Shown here: positions 18,417 through 24,854 of the stretch, in pieces
How positions within the stretch are numbered: the stretch's first letter is position 1
Layout of the letters: every line of letters begins with the position of its first letter
Source of the DNA: Methylorubrum extorquens
GTDB lineage: Bacteria; Pseudomonadota; Alphaproteobacteria; Rhizobiales; Beijerinckiaceae
Assembly: GCA_900234795.1 (NCBI GenBank)
Contig: LT962688.1
Coordinates: 420,001-452,000 of the forward strand
Direction: 5' to 3'
Length of the DNA: 32,000 nucleotides
The notes under the pieces: model-generated
The model's input: the letters and a program-made list of their open reading frames with translations, nothing else
Database searches by the model: none
What the model was told of the DNA's origin: nothing
Translations under genes and position numbers: made by a program

Positions 18417-18558
18417 GAGGCACCTCCGGCTCGATCAACCCGGCAACGGCCTGCGCGGTTCGTTGCACACGGATCGACACGCTTTCCGAAGCGATGTCCG
18501 AAGCCGCCCTTATCGTACCGCTGTGTCGAAAGCCCGCGGCCATTGTCAGGACGACGCC

Positions 18559-18888
18559 CTAGAGATGCCGTGCGCCGATCATCTCGTCGGTTCGCCACAG
18601 GGTGCGGCACACCTTGATGGATTCCTGGGCCGACGATGTCAGCAGGAATACGTCCGGGACGAGGGAGGCGTCGGGAACGACGATCTCGACGTCCTGCGCG
18701 GAGATGTCGTGGACCCAGCACCCGATCGAGGTGTGCTCATCGACCGCGATCAACCCAGGTTCACCGGGCGTCGGAGGGGCGTCGACCGGAAATCCTGCAT
18801 GATTGGACATCGATGTCCCCGCGTGAGCATCGAAGCGTGGCAGGCGCCCGATAAGATGCCGTTGCACCATCGCGTAAAGTTGGAACAA
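18559..18888 (-). CDS. small PilZ-domain-like protein (degenerate c-di-GMP motifs)
   Basis: ...IGCWVHDISAQDVEIVVPDASLVPDVFLLTSSAQESIKVCRTLWRTDEMIGARHL follows the PilZ beta-barrel pattern (C.V.D.S..G......P..F.L.......C.V.WR....G..F), but DxSxxG reads DISAQD and the N-terminal RxxxR is not canonical. An alternative start exists at ATG 18810. Confidence 0.5.
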   Translation of the reverse strand: MFQLYAMVQRHLIGRLPRFDAHAGTSMSNHAGFPVDAPPTPGEPGLIAVDEHTSIGCWVHDISAQDVEIVVPDASLVPDVFLLTSSAQESIKVCRTLWRTDEMIGARHL

Positions 18889-18988
18889 TCGTGCATCGAC
18901 ACGCGCCGGCAGGGCGTCCGAAGTAGGCCGACCGGATCACGCCGCCGGGGTAATGGCCGGGATCGCCCGATCGCAGCGTTCCCTTAGG

Positions 18989-19351
18989 TCAGCGCAGCAG
19001 CCACACGACGAGTCCGACCGCTAGGGCCGCCACCACGATGGCCCCGTAATAGGCCGGCATGACCCAACGGTTGGCACCGTGCCCGGTCTGCATTCGGCTG
19101 GCCCTCTGGCGGCGCGGCCGGGTCTCCTCTTCGCGTGCCAGCGCGACGCGGGACGCATCCGCGGGCGTCCCGGCCGCTTCGTCATCGGTCCCGAGGGGCG
19201 ACAAGCCGGGATCGTGAGCGGGGATCTTATCGCCGGTGCGGCCGGAATCGATTTCGGCTTTCAGCTGCGCGCTGGTCGGACGCTCCGACGGAGCGGGTGC
19301 GTCCGGCACATGGTCGGCCGGAGGGGGCGGGGTCTCGGAACGGAGTGCCAT
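18989..19351 (-). CDS. hypothetical tail-anchored membrane protein (120 aa)
   Basis: Pro/Asp-rich N-terminal part (…IDSGRTGDKIPAHDPGLSPLGTDDEAAGTP…) and a single C-terminal TM helix WVMPAYYGAIVVAALAVGLVVWLL. Confidence 0.55.
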   Translation of the reverse strand: MALRSETPPPPADHVPDAPAPSERPTSAQLKAEIDSGRTGDKIPAHDPGLSPLGTDDEAAGTPADASRVALAREEETRPRRQRASRMQTGHGANRWVMPAYYGAIVVAALAVGLVVWLLR

Positions 19352-19423
19352 CGATCACACACTTTCTTCGCATCGATTGTCGTCGTGATCGCCGCCCGCG
19401 CCGTTCACCGACGCCGAGTGGCG

Positions 19424-19714
19424 TCACTGCGCGCCGGCGCCACCGCTTCCACCGCCACCGCTCCCCTGCGGGACCGCACGCTCGGGCTGATTGGCATTGC
19501 CGCCCGCTGCGGAGTTTCGGCTGATGGTGCTGGCTCCCGTGGCGCCGCGGGAGATCGTTTGGCCCCGGCTGCGTCCGCCGGTCACGCTGCCGTCGCTCGT
19601 CACGATCCCACGGCTCTTGTGACGGGAGCGGGCATCGGCCGATGTCGCTGTCAGGGGGACGAGGCTCGCAGCCATGAGGCCGGCCGCGCTTGCGAGAATG
19701 AGAAAGTTTTTCAT
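19424..19714 (-). CDS. small secreted Gly/Ser/Arg-rich protein (96 aa)
   Basis: ATG 19714 inside track ORF 19424..19777: MKNFLILASAAGLMAASLVPLTATSADA signal peptide, then a low-complexity tail ending GSGGGGSGGAGAQ. Confidence 0.5.
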   Translation of the reverse strand: MKNFLILASAAGLMAASLVPLTATSADARSRHKSRGIVTSDGSVTGGRSRGQTISRGATGASTISRNSAAGGNANQPERAVPQGSGGGGSGGAGAQ

Positions 19715-19942
19715 GGCGGTTCCCGATGATCTGTCCATCGGGGAACCCGAGGCCGCGATTTTGTATCCAATCGCCAATTGGAGCCAGTGACGCGTTCGAA
19801 GCGGATAAATTGAACGAGGTCCCTCGCACGCTGCAGGGATACGGACGCCTCGTCCGGCGCTTTACCGTCCGGCGCCATCCTCGGACCTGCAAAGGATGAC
19901 GCCGCGACGTTGGACCGATCCGGACGCACACGCAGCCGCCCG

Positions 19943-20839
19943 ATGAAGGTAAACCACCTCAGACTCGACCGCCTTCGGGAGTTGCCCCTGCCGATCCCCG
20001 ACGAGGGCAGCAAGGAGCAGCGCGGCACGGTCCTCGTAGTCGGTGGACCCGCCGAAGTTCCGGGCGCCGCCTTTCTGGCGGGCGTCGCCACGCTCCGGGC
20101 CGGGGCCGGTCGCCTCCGCATCGCGACCGTGGAGAGCGCCGCATCGGCGATGGCTCTCGCGGTGCCCGAGGCGCGGGTCATCGGCTTTACCGAGACGGAG
20201 GAGGGCGGGATCGACCCGGCCTCGGCCGCGGCACGCCTGCCGGCCTTGGCGGAGCGCTGCAACGCGATCCTGATCGGCCCGGGGCTGAGCGCCGGCGCCA
20301 CGGCCGACGCACTGGTCCACTCGCTTCTTCCGGCTGGAGCCTCCTCGGCGCTCGTGCTCGATGCCGGCGTCATCGCCGGCCTCGGCGCGCAGGCCGGCGC
20401 GGTTCGATCCTGCGATGGCCGCGCGGTGATCACGCCGCATGCCGGCGAGATGGCCCGGCTCCTGGGCATCGACAGAAGCGAGGTTGAAGCCAATCCTCTG
20501 GCGGCAGCTCAGCGCGCTGCCGAAAAGCTCGGATGCGTCGTGATCATGAAGGGCGCGCAGAGCTGGATCGTGCCCCCCTCGGGTGAGCCGTGGCTCTACA
20601 GCGGCGGCGGTGTCGGGCTGGCGACCTCCGGCTCCGGTGATGTCTTGGCGGGCATTGTTGCAGGGCTGCTCGCACGCGGCACGGAGACGACGACAGCGGC
20701 GGCATGGGGGGTCTATCTGCACGGGCAAGCCGGGCAACGACTCGCCGAGCGCATCGGACCAGTCGGCTTCCTGGCACGCGAGATCATCGACGAGGTACCC
20801 GCCATCCTGCGTGACGTCGATGCGGGCCACTCGTCGTAA
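19943..20839 (+). CDS. nnrD: ADP-dependent NAD(P)H-hydrate dehydratase (YjeF C-terminal type)
   Basis: Track ORF starts at TTG 19910; ATG 19943 gives MKVNHLRLDRLRELPLPIPDEGSKEQRGTVLVVGGPAEVPGAAFLAGVATLRAGAG... It has ...AILIGPGL...VITPHAGEMARLLG...VVIMKGAQSWI...LATSGSGDVLAGIVAGLLARG, the carbohydrate-kinase-fold NnrD signature. Confidence 0.85.
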   Translation: MKVNHLRLDRLRELPLPIPDEGSKEQRGTVLVVGGPAEVPGAAFLAGVATLRAGAGRLRIATVESAASAMALAVPEARVIGFTETEEGGIDPASAAARLPALAERCNAILIGPGLSAGATADALVHSLLPAGASSALVLDAGVIAGLGAQAGAVRSCDGRAVITPHAGEMARLLGIDRSEVEANPLAAAQRAAEKLGCVVIMKGAQSWIVPPSGEPWLYSGGGVGLATSGSGDVLAGIVAGLLARGTETTTAAAWGVYLHGQAGQRLAERIGPVGFLAREIIDEVPAILRDVDAGHSS

Positions 20840-20907
20840 ACGTCGGCGCCGGGAACATGGCTAAAACGGCGCGGGTTCTCCCTGACCTCAGATGAGGGAG
20901 CGTAATT

Positions 20908-21075
20908 ATGACGCAATCGGAGCCCGCGAAACCCGGCGATGAAGCACCGCCCGGAACACCCGGAACGGGTGAGAACCTGTGTCCCCGCTGTAGCGGAAGT
21001 GGCCAGATCGAAGCCAAAGCTTGCCCGGACTGCAACGGCACCGGCAAAGTGATCGCCGGCATCGGTGGCGGCTGA
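20908..21075 (+). CDS. 55-aa zinc-ribbon protein with two DnaJ-type CxxCxGxG motifs (not in ORF track)
   Basis: GAGGGAG (20894-20900), 7-nt spacer, ATG 20908: MTQSEPAKPGDEAPPGTPGTGENLCPRCSGSGQIEAKACPDCNGTGKVIAGIGGG, stop TGA 21073-21075. CPRCSGSG and CPDCNGTG are exact CxxCxGxG repeats. Confidence 0.6.
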   Translation: MTQSEPAKPGDEAPPGTPGTGENLCPRCSGSGQIEAKACPDCNGTGKVIAGIGGG

Positions 21076-21154
21076 TCGCGAACGCTGCAAACAGCCGCCC
21101 GCCAAGCGTGTCGGCGCTGCAAAACAGGCTCACGCAGCGCCATCTTTCGTGCTA

Positions 21155-21169
21155 GAACGAAAATAGAAC
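21155..21169. promoter_or_regulatory. alphaproteobacterial LexA (SOS) box, copy 1
   Basis: GAACgaaaataGAAC, an exact GAAC-N7-GAAC direct repeat (complement GTTC-N7-GTTC). Flanks GCTA...AA are identical to those of the box at 27884-27898. It lies 100 nt upstream of the 84-aa gene start at 21269. Confidence 0.7.
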
Positions 21170-21268
21170 AAGCGGGCGGCCGATTTCCGGCTCGGGCTTC
21201 CGTGACCGCTTCGGCCTGCCCGACGCGTGAATGGCGGCCGGCTCGGTCCTGGTGCGGGAGAACCGACG

Positions 21269-21523
21269 GTGACGATGCGGACGACCTACCTCGTGCAGAC
21301 CTTCATTCTGAAGCGCAAACGTCTGTGCCCCGGCGACCAGCAAGTGTCGCCGACGGTGAACGGTGCACTGAAGCGGGCCGAGGCGATGGCCACACGGCTG
21401 CCAGGCACCGCCGCGATCCAGATCGTGGCCGACGACGAAACGGGGGAGTTGGAAAGCGCGACGATTCTCGGCCGGTTCGGCGAGGTGCCGGAAGACTTCG
21501 CCGAGACGCTGCAGGCCGCCTGA
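21269..21523 (+). CDS. 84-aa protein of unrecognised family, paralogue 1 (SOS-box linked)
   Basis: GGGAG (21255-21259), 9-nt spacer, GTG 21269: (M)TMRTTYLVQTFILKRKRLCPGDQQVSPTVNGALKRAEAMATRLPGTAAIQIVADDETGELESATILGRFGEVPEDFAETLQAA. Same length as 28265..28519 and 67/84 identical by hand count. The shared GAGAACC just upstream supports this start over track start 21227. Confidence 0.75.
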   Translation: MTMRTTYLVQTFILKRKRLCPGDQQVSPTVNGALKRAEAMATRLPGTAAIQIVADDETGELESATILGRFGEVPEDFAETLQAA

Positions 21524-21550
21524 CGAAAGTATCGAGAGAAGAGGGATCAC

Positions 21551-21826
21551 ATGGCTTTCAAGCCGAAATCGGCCGCAGAGACGAAAGCGCGCGACCTGGG
21601 TTTGGCGCTCGCACGCATCGCCGAGAACGAGGGCATGCCGGCCCATGTCGGCGTGGATGCTCTGCGTCGCTCCAGCCCGCGCCTGACGCCGCTGGCGATC
21701 GGGCAGATGGTGCGCAAGCACCGCGACATCCTCGAAGAGACGCTGATCGAGCGCGGGCTGACGCTCGTGGATTATGCCGACCAGGGACCGGGACGCGGCA
21801 TGGAGTTCGAGGTCGCCAGCGCCTGA
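21551..21826 (+). CDS. hypothetical protein (91 aa) downstream of paralogue 1
   Basis: AGAGGGA SD-like, then ATG 21551: MAFKPKSAAETKARDLGLALARIAENEGMPAHVGVDALRRSSPRLTPLAIGQMVRKHRDILEETLIERGLTLVDYADQGPGRGMEFEVASA. It starts 27 nt after the preceding stop. Confidence 0.55.
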   Translation: MAFKPKSAAETKARDLGLALARIAENEGMPAHVGVDALRRSSPRLTPLAIGQMVRKHRDILEETLIERGLTLVDYADQGPGRGMEFEVASA

Positions 21827-22001
21827 GGGCGCTGGCGGAACAGGCTGACGTGAAGCTCGCCGGCTTCTTGGCGAGGATGAGAGTTTTTACCGGTCCGATG
21901 CCGGCAGGGCGACGCACGCGACCATCAGGGCGGGTGCACTCCAGGAACGATCACCGCGCGCAGGTCTTGTCCCGGCACTTCGACAGCCTGAGGAGGACCC
22001 C

Positions 22002-22376
22002 GTGGACGATGATCGTGTTTGGTCGTTCGAAAAGAGCCTTTGGACCGGTGACCCGGATCATTACCGCGAACTCGTCGATGACGAGTGCCTGATGGCCTTG
22101 CCGCAGCCGCCCTACGTCTTCGGCGGCGCTCAAGCGATCGAAGCCGTCGCGAACACACCCCGTTGGTCCGGCGTCGAATTCGACGATGGCCGGATCGCGC
22201 GTCCCCAGGAAGGCCTGATCGTCATCGCCTACTCCGTGAAAGCCTCACGGGGCGAAGAGACCTACGAGGCCCATTGCACCTCGACCTACCGCCGGCTGTC
22301 GCACGAGGAATGGCGGGTGGTCCAGCACCAGCAGACCCCGCGCATTCTCGCGCCCGTCGTTGACGAGAAGCGCTGA
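22002..22376 (+). CDS. SnoaL/NTF2-like (DUF4440-type) protein
   Basis: GAGGAGG, then GTG 22002: (M)DDDRVWSFEKSLWTGDPDHYRELVDDECLMALPQPPYVFGGAQAIEAVANTPRWSGVEFDDGRIARPQEGLIVIAYSVKASRGEETYEAHCTSTYRRLSHEEWRVVQHQQTP. Size and pattern are typical of NTF2-like small proteins. Confidence 0.6.
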   Translation: MDDDRVWSFEKSLWTGDPDHYRELVDDECLMALPQPPYVFGGAQAIEAVANTPRWSGVEFDDGRIARPQEGLIVIAYSVKASRGEETYEAHCTSTYRRLSHEEWRVVQHQQTPRILAPVVDEKR

Positions 22377-22449
22377 CGCAGCGGTCACGTGAGAGCGGTC
22401 GCCGACGACAACTCGCGTCGCGATCAACGGCCGAGCACATCGTGAAAGG

Positions 22450-22476
22450 GAGCCGCCTCGGAAGACCGGGCGGCTC
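22450..22476 (+). terminator. possible terminator hairpin after the SnoaL-like gene
   Basis: GAGCCGCC-tcggaagaccg-GGCGGCTC; weak T tract (tcgctctta). Confidence 0.3.
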
Positions 22477-22671
22477 TCGCTCTTATCGAGGCGGTGCAAG
22501 GCCGATGCGCAGAACGCCCTTCAAGCGCGCGCACGTGCGATGCGGGGGCAATTCAGCAAATTCCGTCGGGCGGATCACACACGAACAGCCCTGCGCAGCC
22601 GTCGCTCTCGCGGTCATTCCAGCGCACCTAAGAGTTCGGAAACCGCAGGCTTCCGAGAGCTTGGAAAAGTT

Positions 22672-22720
22672 TGGCTCCCAGAGCCGACCTTGAACCTGCA
22701 ACAAAGCGATGAACAGTCGG
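22672..22720 (-). repeat. decayed tRNA-Asn 3-prime fragment (outer att-type repeat)
   Basis: In tRNA sense: CGACTGTTCATCGCTTTGTTGCAGGTTCAAGGTCGGCTCTGGGAGCCA. It aligns to the copy at 24378-24427 with about 9 substitutions that break the T-arm and the anticodon loop. No D-arm or 5-prime acceptor strand follows. Confidence 0.6.
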
Positions 22721-22895
22721 GTGGAGTGGCTGACTTTTTTGAGAGACGGCAACACGGAGAGGGTGATTCGCTGAGGCGAGATTCACCCTGCGGTAACATC
22801 CTGTCTCGCTTGCGCGCGATCGCCGGGATAGGCTGGCGGCAAGGTTGAACTCCAACGCCTCGCACTCCGCCAAGCCCTCCTGCCTCAGCATGACC

Positions 22896-23198
22896 TCAAT
22901 GCAAATATTGGGGGCTTGGCGCGTTGAGATGGGCGCTGATCGTCACTTCCAAGATGCTGAGCTTCAAGCGCAGCTGAAGAATGGTCGGCGCGACTAACTC
23001 TAGATCAACGCCATCGATCGCCACCTCATGAAGCTCGGTGAGCAATCGATAGATCTCGACCAAATCGTCATCGGATATCAGGTGAAAACCGTCCTGCCTC
23101 AACGCATTGTGCGCTCTCACCAGCGCAAGCACCCGTTCAACGAGAAGGTCCAAATCGGCGAAAACGATCAGTGTTTCTGTTGCTTTTTTGAGATCCAT
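22896..23198 (-). CDS. hypothetical protein (100 aa), island remnant cargo
   Basis: Track ORF; MDLKKATETLIVFADLDLLVERVLALVRAHNALRQDGFHLISDDDLVEIYRLLTELHEVAIDGVDLELV...; helical, leucine-rich, GC far below the genome average; no family recognised. Confidence 0.4.
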   Translation of the reverse strand: MDLKKATETLIVFADLDLLVERVLALVRAHNALRQDGFHLISDDDLVEIYRLLTELHEVAIDGVDLELVAPTILQLRLKLSILEVTISAHLNAPSPQYLH

Positions 23199-23310
23199 AA
23201 TTCCACGGCTGGCGACGCATTTCTGCGAGGCACAACCGTCGTCAACGCGGGTTACGAAGAGTTATGGAAGGCCGCAGGCGCCGTTAAATATAATTTCAGG
23301 ATGTATCATT

Positions 23311-23556
23311 CTATAAAATCAACATAGATCCGTCCGTGCGATGACGCACCTCAGAGAAATTGGGCAAATACAAACTCAAATTGAGTAGTTGCCCGCGCCA
23401 ATATTCAATCAAAGACTCAAAAATCACTTCAAATAACTTGATCCTACCAGATTTCAAAACATACTCGGCATTCTCCGCTACGCGTTTATCGAACTGGCCC
23501 ACCGACTCGTTCGGACCCGTCGAGCGCTCACGACTGCACGTCTTGCCGACGAGCAC
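23311..23556 (-). CDS. doubtful ORF in AT-rich DNA (81 aa)
   Basis: Track ORF only. The C-terminal half lies in DNA of about 30-45% GC. No SD or motif recognised. It may be a gene fragment. Confidence 0.2.
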   Translation of the reverse strand: MLVGKTCSRERSTGPNESVGQFDKRVAENAEYVLKSGRIKLFEVIFESLIEYWRGQLLNLSLYLPNFSEVRHRTDGSMLIL

Positions 23557-23739
23557 GCGACCGGCGATCCCCGCACTCGATCAGAGCCTCACGCAGGAGA
23601 GAATGACCCTGTCCGTCGTTGTTCGACTTGGACGGGTCCTTGGCCCCCACCGAGCACCGGGCGCAGGTCCTGAATCGTCTCGGCAAGGAGAAGGACTGGC
23701 GCGGATCTTACGCGGCTTGCGACCGGGACGAGCCCTGCG

Positions 23740-24242
23740 CCCGATCGTTCGCACGTTGCTGGCGCTCCACCACACCGGCGCCAACATTGAAATTTGGTCC
23801 GGCTGATCCGACGAGGTGAAGGACAAGACGACGGCTTAGCTTGCTGATCATGGGCTGGGACCCATCCCGATTCGGATGCGCCCGCGCGGGCGACCGCCAG
23901 CCCTGGTGTTCGAGGATCGCGCATCCATGGTGGCCCGGCCAATGCCAGAAACGAACGGCCACGAGGTCGCCGAGCATGACCTCAGCCACGACCCTGAACG
24001 GCTCGCCGAGATGCCGCTGGCGTCGGCCCCTCGTCATCGACGAACGCACCGGCCTCCCATGGCGGCGCTCGCACTTCAGCCGCACGTACCGCGAGTTCGC
24101 GCGTGCCTCCGGCTGGCCGGACGGCATCTGGAACATGAACAGCAGGGCAGGGGCGATGAGTGAGGCTTGCGAGGCTGGGGCGGTGCCGGACAACGTGATG
24201 CGCACCGCGACGCCCACACCGATATCGACAACGATGCTCTAA
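23740..24242 (+). pseudogene. tyrosine-recombinase (integrase) pseudogene, C-terminal part, frameshifted
   Basis: Integrase-like pieces are split over at least three frames: ...TLLALHHTGANIEIWSG* (compare LLALxTGxRxGExxxLxWSD), ...PPALVFEDR..., and RPLVIDERTGLPWRRSHFSRTYREFARASGWPDGIWNMNSRAGAMSEACEAGAVPDNVMRTA... (second catalytic Arg region). The His and Tyr segments are missing or out of frame. It ends 135 nt from the tRNA-Asn fragment. This is a motif-level call only. Confidence 0.4.
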
Positions 24243-24377
24243 AACCGCGGACCGATGGTTCCGTCGGGCCGCGCTACGAACGGCGTGGCGAAAAGCGAAG
24301 CTCGGCGGCTAAAAACGGCCGAGGAACAACGGCGGCAACACGCCTCTGCCGTAGATCCGCTATGTGATTGAGAGATT

Positions 24378-24427
24378 TGGCTCCCCGAGCAGGACTCGAA
24401 CCTGCGACAAAGCGATTAACAGTCGGG
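24378..24427 (-). repeat. tRNA-Asn(GTT) 3-prime fragment (att-type repeat), not an intact tRNA
   Basis: In tRNA sense: CGA-CTGTTAA-TCGCT-TTGTC-GCAGG-TTCGAGT-CCTGC-TCGGGGAG-CCA. That is an anticodon loop with GTT, a variable loop, a perfect T-arm with the GGTTCGAGTCC box, a 3-prime acceptor strand and CCA. Upstream sequence (caatcacatcaccc) cannot form the D-arm, the 5-prime acceptor strand or the full anticodon stem. Confidence 0.7.
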
Positions 24428-24457
24428 GTGATGTGATTGATTTCATTGGATGACGTT

Positions 24458-24501
24458 ACCGCGGGGAGGGGCTTACGCTCTTACGGAAATCTCCCCGCGG
24501 T
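24458..24501. other. perfect 11-bp hairpin 30 nt inside the element B end
   Basis: ACCGCGGGGAG-gggcttacgctcttacggaaat-CTCCCCGCGGT. A weaker hairpin (AGGGTGA...TCACCCT, 22760-22789) sits at the equivalent offset from the decayed fragment of remnant A. Confidence 0.6.
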
Positions 24502-24547
24502 GACCGGCAGGCTCGCCCGATCCGGCGCCACGGGATAGGCTCGGGAA

Positions 24548-24814
24548 ATGGCTGATTTCTCCCCCACCGTCGGCGAACTCTTCAAGGCCAACGTCGTCAC
24601 CCATGACGATCTGAACGCGCTGATTGATGCCGTTCTCGCGGGCCGGATGAATGTGCAGGAGGAACTCGCCGAGGGCTACACGCTCGACGTGGCAGCCGCC
24701 GTGAAGGCAAACGCCTTCGCTACCGCTGTTTTGCGCGACAAGACGAGCACGACTGGTGCTAGGCGCACCGCCACCCGCACAGCGATCCTGCTGGCGCGTG
24801 CGCAGAAGGCGTGA
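24548..24814 (+). CDS. hypothetical protein (88 aa)
   Basis: Track ORF; MADFSPTVGELFKANVVTHDDLNALIDAVLAGRMNVQEELAEGYTLDVAAAVKANAFATAVLRDK...; weak SD; no family recognised. Confidence 0.4.
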   Translation: MADFSPTVGELFKANVVTHDDLNALIDAVLAGRMNVQEELAEGYTLDVAAAVKANAFATAVLRDKTSTTGARRTATRTAILLARAQKA

Positions 24815-24854
24815 GGAAGACCGACCGGTAAGCCTGAAGCAACTCAGCCACCCT

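Larger units (their letters stand above)
22672..24377. mobile_element. decayed remnant of a tRNA-Asn-integrating element (remnant A)
   Basis: Bounded by two tRNA-Asn 3-prime fragments. Contains an integrase pseudogene abutting the right-hand fragment, DNA of about 37% GC, and two orphan ORFs. Confidence 0.5.

Noticed and set aside
19227-20830. Minus-strand ORFs 19227..19931, 19711..20493 and 19862..20830
   Set aside because: Shadows of nnrD and of the small secreted-protein gene. The translations are Arg/Pro/Ala-rich with no motifs.
22891-22904. 14-nt exact repeat tgacctcaatgcaa, also at 25431..25444, in colinear position in remnant A and element B
   Set aside because: About two 14-mer coincidences are expected by chance in a 32-kb window. 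The flanks do not align, and the ORF that ends at this motif in remnant A has no counterpart in element B (a stop occurs within 8 codons). At most this is weak support for common ancestry.
24378-24460. Possibility that this is a complete tRNA-Asn gene
   Set aside because: The sequence 5-prime of the anticodon loop cannot pair with the TCGCT anticodon-stem strand beyond 3 bp. No D-arm (GCTCAGT-type) or CTCCCCGA 5-prime acceptor strand is present.
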